Virus record (IMG/VR): IMGVR_UViG_3300050821_006345
Coordinates: 68,192 to 132,191 of that record
Strand: one strand, 5' to 3'
DNA length: 64,000 bases
Source of the DNA: a virus
The notes under the pieces were generated by a model that saw only the letters and a list, made by a program, of their open reading frames with translations, was not told the origin of the DNA and ran no database searches. Position numbers and translations under genes: made by a program. Within the stretch, counting starts at the first letter, position 1. Each line of letters begins with the position of its first letter. Positions 19,295-29,560 of the stretch are shown piece by piece.

Positions 19295-19900
19295 TTAGTT
19301 GACGATCTGCTGGCCGGCGACCATTTCAGCGCGGGCGTTCAGAAACGCCTGATTCCAGCCCATGCCCTTGTTGGTGGCCTGAATTTCGCGGGCGCGGTTG
19401 GAAACCTTCACCGAGAATTCCTCGGTTTCGCCGCTGTTCGCGTTCAAAATGGGTTCAGGCTGTGCGGCCTTGCTGGAGTTGTGCAGCGGAGCCTTGCGGG
19501 TCGGCTTCGGGTCAGCCACTGGCGCAGGTGCAGCCGCATTGGTCAGCTTGATGCCCTTCAGGAAGGCAAGACCGACTTCGCGGTTGTTCATCAGCATCGC
19601 CTTCACTCCGGCTTCGTCGCTGATTACATCCTTGAAACTCGCAACGTCGTTGTTCACGAGTGACTCAAGCATGGACTTGTTGGAGTTGGTCAATTTTTCA
19701 TTGGCCGCAGTCAACTGCTCAACCTGCTTGGTCGAATTCATCAAATTTTGTTCAGCCGAAATAAGCTGACCATCGGTCAACTCTTTGTAGGCGACCATGC
19801 TGGAAGTAAACTCGTTTACGGAATTCGCCAAAATTTCGTCTGAAGAACCGGCAGGAACACCCATCAAGGTTTCCAGTGTTTGCTTGTAATCAAGAGCCAT
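19295..19900 (-). CDS. Capsid scaffolding protein
   Basis: LMGVPAGSSDEIL start, coiled coil, C-terminal WNQAF helix; position equivalent to the Mu Z scaffold. Confidence 0.75.
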   Translation of the reverse strand: MALDYKQTLETLMGVPAGSSDEILANSVNEFTSSMVAYKELTDGQLISAEQNLMNSTKQVEQLTAANEKLTNSNKSMLESLVNNDVASFKDVISDEAGVKAMLMNNREVGLAFLKGIKLTNAAAPAPVADPKPTRKAPLHNSSKAAQPEPILNANSGETEEFSVKVSNRAREIQATNKGMGWNQAFLNARAEMVAGQQIVN

Positions 19901-20270
19901 AATTGTTTCGTAAATTGGTTTGTTGTTGTCTGGTCGCTACTTGCGGTTGCGAAAAATTTACAATGTGTTCTTGGCGTGTCAAAAATGACTTTACACACTA
20001 GCTATTTATTGGATGGCAGAAATTGGCAGAAACCATTGAGAATAAATGGCGGAATAAGCGTCGATGGAGAAGTCGAGAAACTTTACCAAAAGGTCGGTCT
20101 TGGACAAACCTCCACTTGCTATTGACTGGTCTGGCATTAGATTTTGGCCAGAAAAGAATTGTGTTAGTCCCACAATGAAACTACCATTACATCGCCGCTC
20201 AAGTGCCGCCGGATGCCGCAAGGCAACTTACCCGTCGGGGACTACACTCTGGGCGGCATTTTGATTATTT

Positions 20271-21232
20271 ATGAAGCAATACACGATTAATGGCAAAACA
20301 CAGTCACTCGAAGAATGGTCTGCGGAAACAGGATTAGGAACATTCGCTTTGGCGTATCGAATTAAAAATTGGCCAGAAGAAGATTGGATGCTCCAGCAAA
20401 AGAGCCAGTTTAAGATTGGAAGCAACAATGCTTTAATTGGATTGAGGGTTGGTAAATTAACAATTGAATCTTGCGTTGAGCCTCCCAACAATGTGAATCG
20501 TGGAGAGGTATTTGGACGTGTCTTTGCGACTGCGGAAACAAGAAGGACATTCATGGTTACAGCCTTACAAAGAAAGTTCCAGTGAGGAGTTGCGGATGCC
20601 TTCGGTCATACGACAGGGCTCTTGCCAAAAAGAAATCTTATTCATCTGAATACAAAATCGGCCAGAAGTTTAATGCTTTCACTGTTACAGGATGCGTCGA
20701 GCCATCCAACGGCAACAACGGTGGCGGTGTGTGGACTTGTGTTTGCGATTGCGGGAAAACAATGGCTAGAACCGGAAGGCAGCTAATTTACGGCAAGGGA
20801 CATCGCGGATGCACCCGGCCAGATTTGTATCGAAGAAGCAATGCTGACGACAAAAGACAGTTAACCATTAGCAATCAATACACACAGCACAAAAAGCGGT
20901 GCAAATTGAAGGGAATTGAACATCTTGATTTTACAGACTGGGAATCTGTTGTTTTCAGGCCGTGCCATTATTGCGGACTGATTGACGAGCGGTCTTACAC
21001 CAATAAATACATACAATCTTACGGCGAAGAAATCATCAATCTCTATAAGGTTAAGATAAACGGTGTGGACAGGCTTGATTCATCCATTGGATACACGCTT
21101 TCAAATTGCGTTCCGTGCTGCTTTTTCTGCAATACCGCAAAATATGCACACGAAGAAAATTACTTCCTGTCTAGGATAAAGCAGATTTATGAATTCAGAA
21201 GACTTGGGGAATTTACACCGACAGCGCCTTGA
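20271..21232 (+). pseudogene. HNH homing endonuclease split by a frameshift
   Basis: The first repeat IWTCLCDCGNKK...RSCGC is out of frame with the ATG at 20271 (shift ~20505); C-terminus has CHYCG...NGVDRLDSSIGYTLSNCVPCC..CN. Confidence 0.75.
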
Positions 21233-22943
21233 CGGGTAGGTTGGGCTTGTTGGTCAGCGCCACAGCCGAGAGTTCCTGTGGGATTAACCTGTCCGGCGTG
21301 CCGTCTTGAAGGCACATCGCCCTAGTAAAAACGGGACTCACAAAGCGGTATGTGCCGGAAGAAACAGCCCTGTCTCCTTCAGGAGTCAGCTTGGCGTGTC
21401 CCCACAATCCTGAAGCATCGTTGCGAAGGGCATCAATCCAGCCAGCGGCAGCCGTGTTCGGCGTGGTGTCTGAAGAATGGTCGAAATCCAAAATTATCAT
21501 GTGGTTGGGATCAACCGCACGTTGTGAATTGAATGCTGCAACCATCTGTGAGTGGCTGGAAGGAGAAAGAACTTGTGTAACGCCTGCGTTGGCATTCTCG
21601 TATTCACCAACAGGGCTGAGATGCATCCACCCAGAAGGATCTGCCTTGAAAGCACTGTTTGACAGACGCTCTCCTTTTATCTCCACCGCCTTGCCCACAA
21701 TCCTTTGCGCGTTGCTCAATTTTGCAGACCCGCTCCAGTCCGCTCCCGATTCCCATTGAAGGGTTTTCGGTGTCTGCACCTTGATGGTCTTGCTCTCTGG
21801 GTGATACGAGACAGTTGGAGGCGTGCGGTCTTTTCCTTCGGCACTGCGGTCGAGCTTTTGGTCAAATTGGGATGTCCGGTTGCCGCTGTGGTCTTCCGAA
21901 ACGATTGAAAGATGGTCGGTGGCCGCGTCGTGGTTGACGTGGATTTTGCCCTCCGGCACATTCATTGAACCGTTGCCTTTGCGCGTAATCCACTCTTTAT
22001 TCACGCCTTCGCTGGTTCCGCTGTTCACAATGGCCTTCTGCTCATCCGCCTTTTTCAGGTCGGATTTCTGCTCTTCCACCGTCGCCTGCTTTGGGTCGGT
22101 CACTGGCTTGGCCAGAGGAACGTCCTTGTTCATTATCTCGGTGTCTGGAGATGTAATGGGCGCAGGCATTGATGGTGCTTGAGGTGCTGGCATCGCATCA
22201 TCGTTTAGCATAGCATCGTCTGAGGCGTCGATGGGAGACGTAGAGTCGTTCTTTAATTTGGCAGGATTCGGCGCATTGTTGGCCATTACAGGGCTTTTCT
22301 TGAACCGCTCGATGGTCGACGCAAACGCTGGCTTGGCCGCGTTTAAGATTGAAGCTGGAATGAAGTTGGTTATGCGTCCCTGATGGTCGTAGGTTATCTG
22401 GCCGATTTTCGTGGACGAATTTCTGAATGAAGGGTCGCCAGCCTCCTCCGAGTGAAGCCGCGCCCGGCCCATGTGGTAGGCAATGCGTCCCATTGCGTTT
22501 GTTTTGCTTCCAAGCATGGAGTTCATTTCATCGCGATAATGAGTTGCGGCGGCCTTGTGTGCGTATTGTGCGGCAACGTGGTCTTTTGGTTTGCCGGTTT
22601 TGAAAGCCTTTTTAGTCAGTGTTTCTGCATTTTGTCCGGTGGCAAACGCGGACGATTCTTTATGCCTGCCAGAACCCGGCCCTCCGTTCAGCATAACGTC
22701 TTCACATTCTCCGCTGTTTCCAATGGAGGGATACTTCTTGGCCGCTTTTGCGCGGACTATTGCCTTCTCTTCTGGTGTGCCGAATTCAGACACGCGTGAA
22801 AGAGCTGCTCGTGCGTGACTTGGATTTTCGATTGGGTAGCGTCCGCCAGAAAGCGCGAAGTTTTCAGGCTTAATCTTTGAGCGCGCCTTGGCCGTCAGCT
22901 TGCCGTTCAGCATCGCCCACTTGTTGACAAGGTCGGTGAACAT
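21213..22943 (-). CDS. Prohead protease (Mu gpI-like) with a long modular N-terminal extension
   Basis: C-terminal ILDFDH...AAAGWI...GLWG...YRFVSPVF...VALTNKP motifs; N-terminal DUF6582-like FALSGGRYPIENPSHARAALSR. Confidence 0.85.
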   Translation of the reverse strand: MFTDLVNKWAMLNGKLTAKARSKIKPENFALSGGRYPIENPSHARAALSRVSEFGTPEEKAIVRAKAAKKYPSIGNSGECEDVMLNGGPGSGRHKESSAFATGQNAETLTKKAFKTGKPKDHVAAQYAHKAAATHYRDEMNSMLGSKTNAMGRIAYHMGRARLHSEEAGDPSFRNSSTKIGQITYDHQGRITNFIPASILNAAKPAFASTIERFKKSPVMANNAPNPAKLKNDSTSPIDASDDAMLNDDAMPAPQAPSMPAPITSPDTEIMNKDVPLAKPVTDPKQATVEEQKSDLKKADEQKAIVNSGTSEGVNKEWITRKGNGSMNVPEGKIHVNHDAATDHLSIVSEDHSGNRTSQFDQKLDRSAEGKDRTPPTVSYHPESKTIKVQTPKTLQWESGADWSGSAKLSNAQRIVGKAVEIKGERLSNSAFKADPSGWMHLSPVGEYENANAGVTQVLSPSSHSQMVAAFNSQRAVDPNHMIILDFDHSSDTTPNTAAAGWIDALRNDASGLWGHAKLTPEGDRAVSSGTYRFVSPVFTRAMCLQDGTPDRLIPQELSAVALTNKPNLPVKALSV

Positions 22944-22948
22944 TGGAG

Positions 22949-23647
22949 TTATTGCACTGAAGGTGCTTGGGTCGTTACCACAAGTTCCGCAGCCGGAGTG
23001 GTCAAATCTTGGTCGCCGTAGATGATCGTTGCTGCTGGCTGGTTGTCTTGGCCGGAAGGTGTGTTGGCATCATCGTCGTCATCGTCAAGGTCGATGTTCA
23101 TAATCGCATCATCGTCGCCCATTTCGCTGTTGGCCAGTTTCACCCTCATGGCTGAAAGTGCCGAGTGGTAGTTGCCGCGAATGGAAGGATAAACCGAGTT
23201 CTTCACCTTTTTCTTGGCCAGCGCGTCGCCATTCTTGGCATCAATCTGCTTCTGAATGAAGGCCGGAAGCGTCTTCTTCGCGTTGGTGATGGTCTTTCCG
23301 TCCGGCCCGACCGCAGGAGTTCCAGACTTTGGATTGGCCGTATCATGGCCACATTGACACGGAGATTGGCCGCAGGTGCATGGAGTCTTGCCGTCCATCA
23401 TCTCAAGGTCGGCGTTCTGCTTCGCCACTGTATTTTCACCCGCCTCCTTGGTGGGCGGGTTCTCAATGGTGGGCTGGGGCACGTTTGGAGCGGTGTTCGG
23501 GCCGCTGGCGTTGCGGAGCTTCGCTGCGCCGTAGACGGTCGATCCGTTTAGGGCGGCGACCTGCGCGGTCACCTTGGGTGAAAGTCCGTTCTTGAGTTTG
23601 CGCTTTTCGTCGCGCAGGCCATTGTTGTTTCGGAAAGCAATTTTCAT
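22949..23647 (-). CDS. Low-complexity head-associated protein
   Basis: Directly upstream of the protease gene; KKTLPAFIQKQID and CxCxxxxCxC motifs; repeated hydrophobic-x-N. Confidence 0.55.
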   Translation of the reverse strand: MKIAFRNNNGLRDEKRKLKNGLSPKVTAQVAALNGSTVYGAAKLRNASGPNTAPNVPQPTIENPPTKEAGENTVAKQNADLEMMDGKTPCTCGQSPCQCGHDTANPKSGTPAVGPDGKTITNAKKTLPAFIQKQIDAKNGDALAKKKVKNSVYPSIRGNYHSALSAMRVKLANSEMGDDDAIMNIDLDDDDDDANTPSGQDNQPAATIIYGDQDLTTPAAELVVTTQAPSVQ

Positions 23648-24200
23648 TGAAGGAATTTACCCCTTCAATCGGCCTGTGCAAATGCAAGATTACCGTGAGG
23701 CTTACTCGACTGGAGGAACGACTTCTCCGGCCCTCGCCTTGCGCTGCGTCAGTGGAAGATTATCCTCCTTGTAGGCGAACCACGCTGCGTTAAACTGCTC
23801 GATCTCGTCCTTGGAGTTCAGTGCGATGATGCCGCCAGTTGTTAGGACTTCGTGGCTGCCCTGAATGGCTGGTCGGCTGCCGGTGACGTAGTGGAGGGAG
23901 ATGTCTTTTGATCCGATTTTGATGGATTTAAATTTTTGGCTCATGATTTATGTTATTTGTAATGAACTGAAATTATAGGCTATTGCCGGCCGAACACAAG
24001 CCAATTCTGCTAATTGGAAAGAATTTCGGCGTAGATGCCCACGATGGTCATCTTTTCTATGGCCGTCGGATGCACGCGAGACTTCTCGGAGATTGAATCA
24101 AACCCATCGCCTATGTCCGCTGCGTCATCCAAGTCTCCTCCCTGCCTGTGTTCCGACCAGAACACCAGTGCCGTGGCAAACAAGAGCATTTCATTCGATG

Positions 24201-24839
24201 TCATGGCTGGCGCATATCGTCGTGGTCGCCGTCGCCTTGCGTTGGCGTAAGCGAATCTGCCTCGGCAAGAATGGATGCACGAAGCGTTTCCTCGGATGGA
24301 CGCGATACTCTGGCGGGCGGCCTTGGAGCAATGGTTCTCGCCGAGACAATCTCATCCATTTCGTTTCGCAATGCCTCTCTCATGGTCTCTGGAATCTGGC
24401 CAGTAGGAGCTACACCCGCATCGGACTCGCGTTTGTATTTAACCACTATCCCTTTCTGCTTCAGGTGAAATGGAACCGCGCGAGTGAATGACAATGCCTT
24501 CTCAAATTCTCCGCCGAACTTGTCCACCACCATCTTGGCGATTTCTCTGGCCGTTAATTCTGCGCCACGGTTAACCAGCAGGTCGCGGATGAACTTGGTC
24601 TTGTTGATGGCTGATTCTGTCGCAGGCCTGGCCACAGGAAACGCAGGAGTCTGCTTCTTGGCAACTTCTGCCAGCTGCTCTCCAGTCATCGGAATAAAAG
24701 TGAAGTTCTCGTAGATGCCGTATTCAACCGGCAGATGCTCGTTCATCCAGCGAATGCCTCCGGCAGGAAATACCTCCTCCATGCCGTCCTTGGACTGGCG
24801 GGCGTGACTTGCTCCAGATGGAAAAATGATTGGTGGCAT
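24201..24839 (-). CDS. Hypothetical protein, possible winged-helix
   Basis: NKTKFIRDLL...LTAREIAKMVV pattern; start re-assigned to MPPIIF. Confidence 0.4.
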   Translation of the reverse strand: MPPIIFPSGASHARQSKDGMEEVFPAGGIRWMNEHLPVEYGIYENFTFIPMTGEQLAEVAKKQTPAFPVARPATESAINKTKFIRDLLVNRGAELTAREIAKMVVDKFGGEFEKALSFTRAVPFHLKQKGIVVKYKRESDAGVAPTGQIPETMREALRNEMDEIVSARTIAPRPPARVSRPSEETLRASILAEADSLTPTQGDGDHDDMRQP

Positions 24840-25683
24840 ATCGTTGCGAAATAGTTTAGGAAACAGTCTCGGCGTTGGCAAGAATTTGTTTGTTCTTTTC
24901 GGTATCTTGCGCCCAAAAATCGTCTGGCATTGCCTGCTGCCCTGCAACATCCTCTGTAAGATTGATTTGCAGACGCAATGCTTCAGTAAGTTTAGCGATG
25001 TGCTTTGCGGCATGGGTCATTAGTGCTGCGTTGGCCTTCTGCATCTCATCCCATCCTTGCGGAGCAAACTGCACCCACTTTTCATAGCCGAACATCACGC
25101 GGATGTCATTCGGAGATTGCGGGTGTGGAGTTGGATTGTAAGAGCCATCGCGATAACCGCTGACCAGCGTGAAGATTTGCTGTGTTCCTGGACGCAACTT
25201 ATGCTCGACGTGATTGGTGACTGGATCTGGAACGTCGCCGTAAAGCTGAAGTCCTGCACCAGAATCATACTGCCATCGAAGATTCTTGCTGGCCTTGCTG
25301 ACGACTTCTTGCAAATTCATATTGAAATCAGCTTAAGAATTTATGGCCGCAGAGTCAACTTTATTTATAGGTGCAATAGGCGAACGACGAGGAAATCGGC
25401 CACATGACCGACGGATTGCTTCTGGCGTATTTGATTGCCAGTTTCCTCGAGTGGAAAATCCGGCAAATTGAGAAGTGCGGTTTGCGGCTTACGGAAGGCT
25501 TCAGGTGCAGCGAATGAAAATGATGGTTCAGTGTTCTTTCCTCCGCAACCCACCTCTGACTCTTGTAATTCCAGATTCGGTTCGTGCGCGAATAAACAAT
25601 CCACCGATCCTTGGCCGGAGGCCATTTACATTCTGGCGGCTTCCGATAATTCGGATTCAATGGATTGTCGTTGTCGCGCATTG

Positions 25684-26298
25684 TCAGACGAATAGCTGTG
25701 GATTCGGATTGACGGTTGGAATGTTTCTGGACTGGCCGGTGCAAATCAAATGCACATTAGATGTTGATGCGTTAAATTTCCTCGCAATCTTCCTATATGA
25801 CAATCCAGTTTCTTCTCTCATTTTGCGAATTTCACCCACTTGTTTGTCGGAAAGCTTAACCGACCCGTTGTTTTCTCCAATCTGGTCGTTTCCGTGGCGC
25901 ACACGATCCTCCTGATTTTCGGTTGGCGTTGCCCACTTCAGGTTGTCAAGGCGGTTATCTGCTCTGTTCCCGTTTTTATGGCATCCGTAATATCCGTCTG
26001 GCCGAGGGCCAATGAATGCCAGAAGCACCAGCTCGTGAACACCATCGTGTTTGTGAGGCATTCCATCCATTGTCATAGTTACATATCTATAACCATTTAT
26101 TAAGCCTCCCCACAATATATGCGGCTCATAGTTTCTGTTCGGAAGCTTCTTGCGGACGCGATCAGATGCAAGACTGTGCCTGCGGACTCTTCCCATGTTG
26201 GAGACATCGTATGGATAACCTGCGTGAGGAGATGGCATCCATATTTCTCCTGAAATTATTCTCGTGTCCCACGCCGTCCTGTTTGGATGTGACTTCAT
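25684..26298 (-). CDS. NUMOD4-HNH homing endonuclease
   Basis: YDVSNMGRVR; VHELVLLAFIGPRP...CHKNGNRADNRLDNLKWAT; C-terminal HTH. Confidence 0.9.
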   Translation of the reverse strand: MKSHPNRTAWDTRIISGEIWMPSPHAGYPYDVSNMGRVRRHSLASDRVRKKLPNRNYEPHILWGGLINGYRYVTMTMDGMPHKHDGVHELVLLAFIGPRPDGYYGCHKNGNRADNRLDNLKWATPTENQEDRVRHGNDQIGENNGSVKLSDKQVGEIRKMREETGLSYRKIARKFNASTSNVHLICTGQSRNIPTVNPNPQLFV

Positions 26299-27581
26299 AA
26301 TGTGAACGTCCCGCCAACAAACTCATACCCAAGAGATTTATAAACTTCCAGCCTCTTTTGGGAGTGGCGGCTTGCTAAACTGTGGAAGCCGTCAGTCCAG
26401 TCATAAATCAGACCATATTCCTTGCCTGGGAAAGAACGCAAAACACGACCTGTTCTTTGGGTGACGCGCGCCGAACTACGTCCTGCTGAAAGCATGATTA
26501 AAACATTGCTCCGTGGAAAATTTGCGCCCTCATCTAGGAGTGATGTAGAGACGATGGTTTTTATTTCTCCGGAGTTAAACTTTTCCAATGCGGATCGGCG
26601 CGCTTTTATTCCCATCTTGCTATGCACCACCACCGCGTCTGGAATCCTATCTGCGAGTTCTTTTCCATGTTCAACTTGGTTCACCAGCACAATCACGCTG
26701 TCGTTCTTGTGCCTGATGGCCATTCCAATCGCCTCCTCGTTCCGCGTCCGGTTTTCAACGATTCCAAGCTTGACCAGAAATTGCCATGCAATTTGCCCCT
26801 TCATTTCTTGCTCCATGCCGTAAAGCTCGCTGGCGCATTTATGGATTGATTCGGCGGACGCACCAGCAGAGCGAAGTCGGCCAATCTCCGCCTCCTTCTT
26901 TTTTAACGCTCCGGCCATCCACCAGTTCCTGCGCTTCTTGCATTCCATTATTATCTGAATGTCCATCATGTCGCCAATGCCTCGGTCTGTTCCGTTAAGC
27001 ATAATCACTTTTGCAGGAGCAAGGTTGGTCTGCACGTCTTCTCGCGTGATTGTGTGGTGTTCTCCATCAAAGAAAGACATCAGTGTTTTATATGCTTCCT
27101 CGTCCTCTGGAATCGTGGCTGTGAATCCCCAAAACGCACCGCGACAGGTTTCGACTTGAGACTGCCACTGGAGTGCGGTTGCCAAATGATGAATTTCGTC
27201 CCCAATGAGGACGTCGCGATCTGACCAGTCGGTGTTCGCTGCTGCACACGCAACCTTCAGGTCAATCTTTGCACCATCACCTTCGTGGCATCGTGCTTCC
27301 CATTCAGCTTTTGCCTTGGTTGGTTCTACTTTTATGCCGTAGAAGATTTGAAGCATGGCCTCGTATGCTTGACCACATTGCTCTAATGTATTAGCAAGCC
27401 ACCCCACCATTGCCTTTCTGTTGCGATTCTTTGCCATCACCACGCGATGCAAAGCTCCTGCGGCAATGCAGGTCTTTCCAGAAGCAGCCGGGGCCTCAAT
27501 TATGCCCCTCGGCCTCGACGCCAGCCACTCAATGGCCGGAGGTTGATAGACGCGCCACTGGAAGTCAGTGAATGAACTCAT
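26295..27581 (-). CDS. SF2 DEAD/DEAH helicase
   Basis: APAASGKT, DEIHH, TAT, LLDEGANFP and QRTGRVLR motifs. Confidence 0.9.
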   Translation of the reverse strand: MSSFTDFQWRVYQPPAIEWLASRPRGIIEAPAASGKTCIAAGALHRVVMAKNRNRKAMVGWLANTLEQCGQAYEAMLQIFYGIKVEPTKAKAEWEARCHEGDGAKIDLKVACAAANTDWSDRDVLIGDEIHHLATALQWQSQVETCRGAFWGFTATIPEDEEAYKTLMSFFDGEHHTITREDVQTNLAPAKVIMLNGTDRGIGDMMDIQIIMECKKRRNWWMAGALKKKEAEIGRLRSAGASAESIHKCASELYGMEQEMKGQIAWQFLVKLGIVENRTRNEEAIGMAIRHKNDSVIVLVNQVEHGKELADRIPDAVVVHSKMGIKARRSALEKFNSGEIKTIVSTSLLDEGANFPRSNVLIMLSAGRSSARVTQRTGRVLRSFPGKEYGLIYDWTDGFHSLASRHSQKRLEVYKSLGYEFVGGTFTL

Positions 27582-27914
27582 CGGTTACAAGGCGGTGGTT
27601 CTTTGTGGCAGCAAATTTCACCGCACTTTGGACAATAGTAATAAAATCCAAACGCACTCCATTTGGCAATTTCTTTGCAGCATTCGCTGGTTAGAATATC
27701 CAGCTTTTTAAGTTTTGGCCTTTTCACGGTCGCTTAATATCGGTGTGGCGGATGGTAAGCGTTGCGCCTTCCGATATGCCTTTGCCGTCCACTTTCACGG
27801 AGTAGAACTGCCAGCCTTTCGGCACGATGTTCTTTTCCTCGACGTAGGTCAAGATGTCCTGCGCGGTTAGCTCAACCGTTATCGTCGTGGCCAGTTCGGT
27901 GGATATTTTCATGG

Positions 27915-28271
27915 TTAGCACCAGCCGAATTTGTCTGTGATTTTATTAAACGCGGAATACCGACGCTCTTGGTGGTCATCCATTAGCTTTTGCTCTGCAT
28001 CCGTCCACTTCATAAAATCAGACGAGACTTTAGGAGGCTCAAAATACTTGCCGGTAAATACGTTTATCACGATGTCTTCCACTTCCATTTTGCGAATAAT
28101 TCCATCGCGACATTTGAACTTAACGGTTATGTCCTGCTTGCCTCCCGAATCAATGTCCATGTCTCGGTATGGCTCCATTAAGTCTGATAGAAGATTTTTA
28201 TCCAATACTCCTCGCTTGGCACACGCCATGACTGAAGATTCAAAAGCTGAAAATGCGGCATTGTTTCCCAT
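27915..28271 (-). CDS. Hypothetical protein
   Basis: Co-oriented ORF in a tightly packed operon; start approximate. Confidence 0.4.
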   Translation of the reverse strand: MGNNAAFSAFESSVMACAKRGVLDKNLLSDLMEPYRDMDIDSGGKQDITVKFKCRDGIIRKMEVEDIVINVFTGKYFEPPKVSSDFMKWTDAEQKLMDDHQERRYSAFNKITDKFGWC

Positions 28272-28275
28272 AATT

Positions 28276-29349
28276 TTACACGTTTTTACTGATTTCAAAA
28301 ATAAGTTTGTTCGGCGATCCGGCCTCCACCAGACACTTCATGTTGGCGGCCAGCAGCGCGTCCTTAAGGTCTTGCGTCACCTTGGTCGAGGCGTCCTTCG
28401 GAAACACCAGCACCCAGTGCGTGCCGATGTTGGTGAGTGACGACCTCCACTTGGCGTCCCTGATGCCGATTTTAGCTCCTCTGGCCACGTTCTCAATCTG
28501 CCTGTAAACCAGCTGCTGATCTTCATCGGTCTGGGTTGATTTTTTGCGCCACTTAAACGAGGCTTTTGCGGAGTTGGCCGTGCAGAGGATGTTCATCGTC
28601 CACAGACCGCCGGTGATTTGCTGAAGATCTGGATAGCCGAATCCAGCTGCGTAAAGCGCATCGCGCATCTCCCGACGCTCTTCCTTATTTGGTGTCTCGT
28701 CAAAGACAACCCGCCATCTCAAGGTGCTATTTGGCGACCGCTCCCATTTCAATTTGCCGGCGAATTTCGGAAACTTGGCGTTAAGATAATCCTGAAGCAC
28801 CATCCAGATATAGTTCTGCGGATCAATCTTTTTCACCGTCTCTTTCGGCTTCGTCGGCACAGTGGAAACCGGAGGAATGGCGTCGTCAACATCCTTGGCC
28901 TCGGTCGCCAAAGAATCAAAGAACTTCGACTCGACTCCGAGTGAATCCTTGATGGCATTATAAGTTGTCAGGGAAGATTCGGCATGGGACTTAACTGTGG
29001 ATTCCATCCGCTTTACATAGGCTTCCACTTCCTCGTCGGAATTTGGCAGGAAATATCCATCTCCATCTGAAAGCACTGGAATCTTGTATCGCACGCGGAG
29101 CGACCTGATTTCCTCCCTCACCACCCGGCACATGGTCTCGTAGAACTTGGCATGGAGGTCTTTGGCGTAGGCTGGATGAGATAGTTGCCAAGCATCGTTC
29201 TCGGCTATCTCCCGCTGGCCGATTCTCAAGCCTTCGCCCCAGTTGGCCTCAAGGATGGAGAGCATGACGACCTCATTGGGCTCAAGCATCTCGGTCGCGG
29301 TTTTAATCCGTTCCTTGACGCGGTCTTTTACTGGAAGCTGGTCGCTCAT
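28276..29349 (-). CDS. Hypothetical protein with N-terminal HTH-like domain
   Basis: RVVREEIRSLRV...IPVLS..DGYFL pattern. Confidence 0.5.
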   Translation of the reverse strand: MSDQLPVKDRVKERIKTATEMLEPNEVVMLSILEANWGEGLRIGQREIAENDAWQLSHPAYAKDLHAKFYETMCRVVREEIRSLRVRYKIPVLSDGDGYFLPNSDEEVEAYVKRMESTVKSHAESSLTTYNAIKDSLGVESKFFDSLATEAKDVDDAIPPVSTVPTKPKETVKKIDPQNYIWMVLQDYLNAKFPKFAGKLKWERSPNSTLRWRVVFDETPNKEERREMRDALYAAGFGYPDLQQITGGLWTMNILCTANSAKASFKWRKKSTQTDEDQQLVYRQIENVARGAKIGIRDAKWRSSLTNIGTHWVLVFPKDASTKVTQDLKDALLAANMKCLVEAGSPNKLIFEISKNV

Positions 29350-29531
29350 TTTATTTACAACGCTTGCATTTCCGTCCGCTGCGGTCTCCGTCGCGCCACT
29401 GGCTTAACTGGACACCACAGACCATCGTGGCGACCATCTGCGGGCCGAACCACCTCGGACGATGGATTATTCCGCCATGGCGGTTGGTTAAATTTACTGG
29501 AGATGGTTTAGCCATTTCATATCGTTGCACC

Positions 29532-29560
29532 AGTCTGCGAAAAACGGACGGACAAGTCAA
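29532..29560 (-). promoter_or_regulatory. Member of a repeated promoter family TTGACT-N17-CAnnCT
   Basis: Same architecture at 40229-40257, 49070-49098, 51155-51183, 57075-57103 and 58460-58488. Confidence 0.7.
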
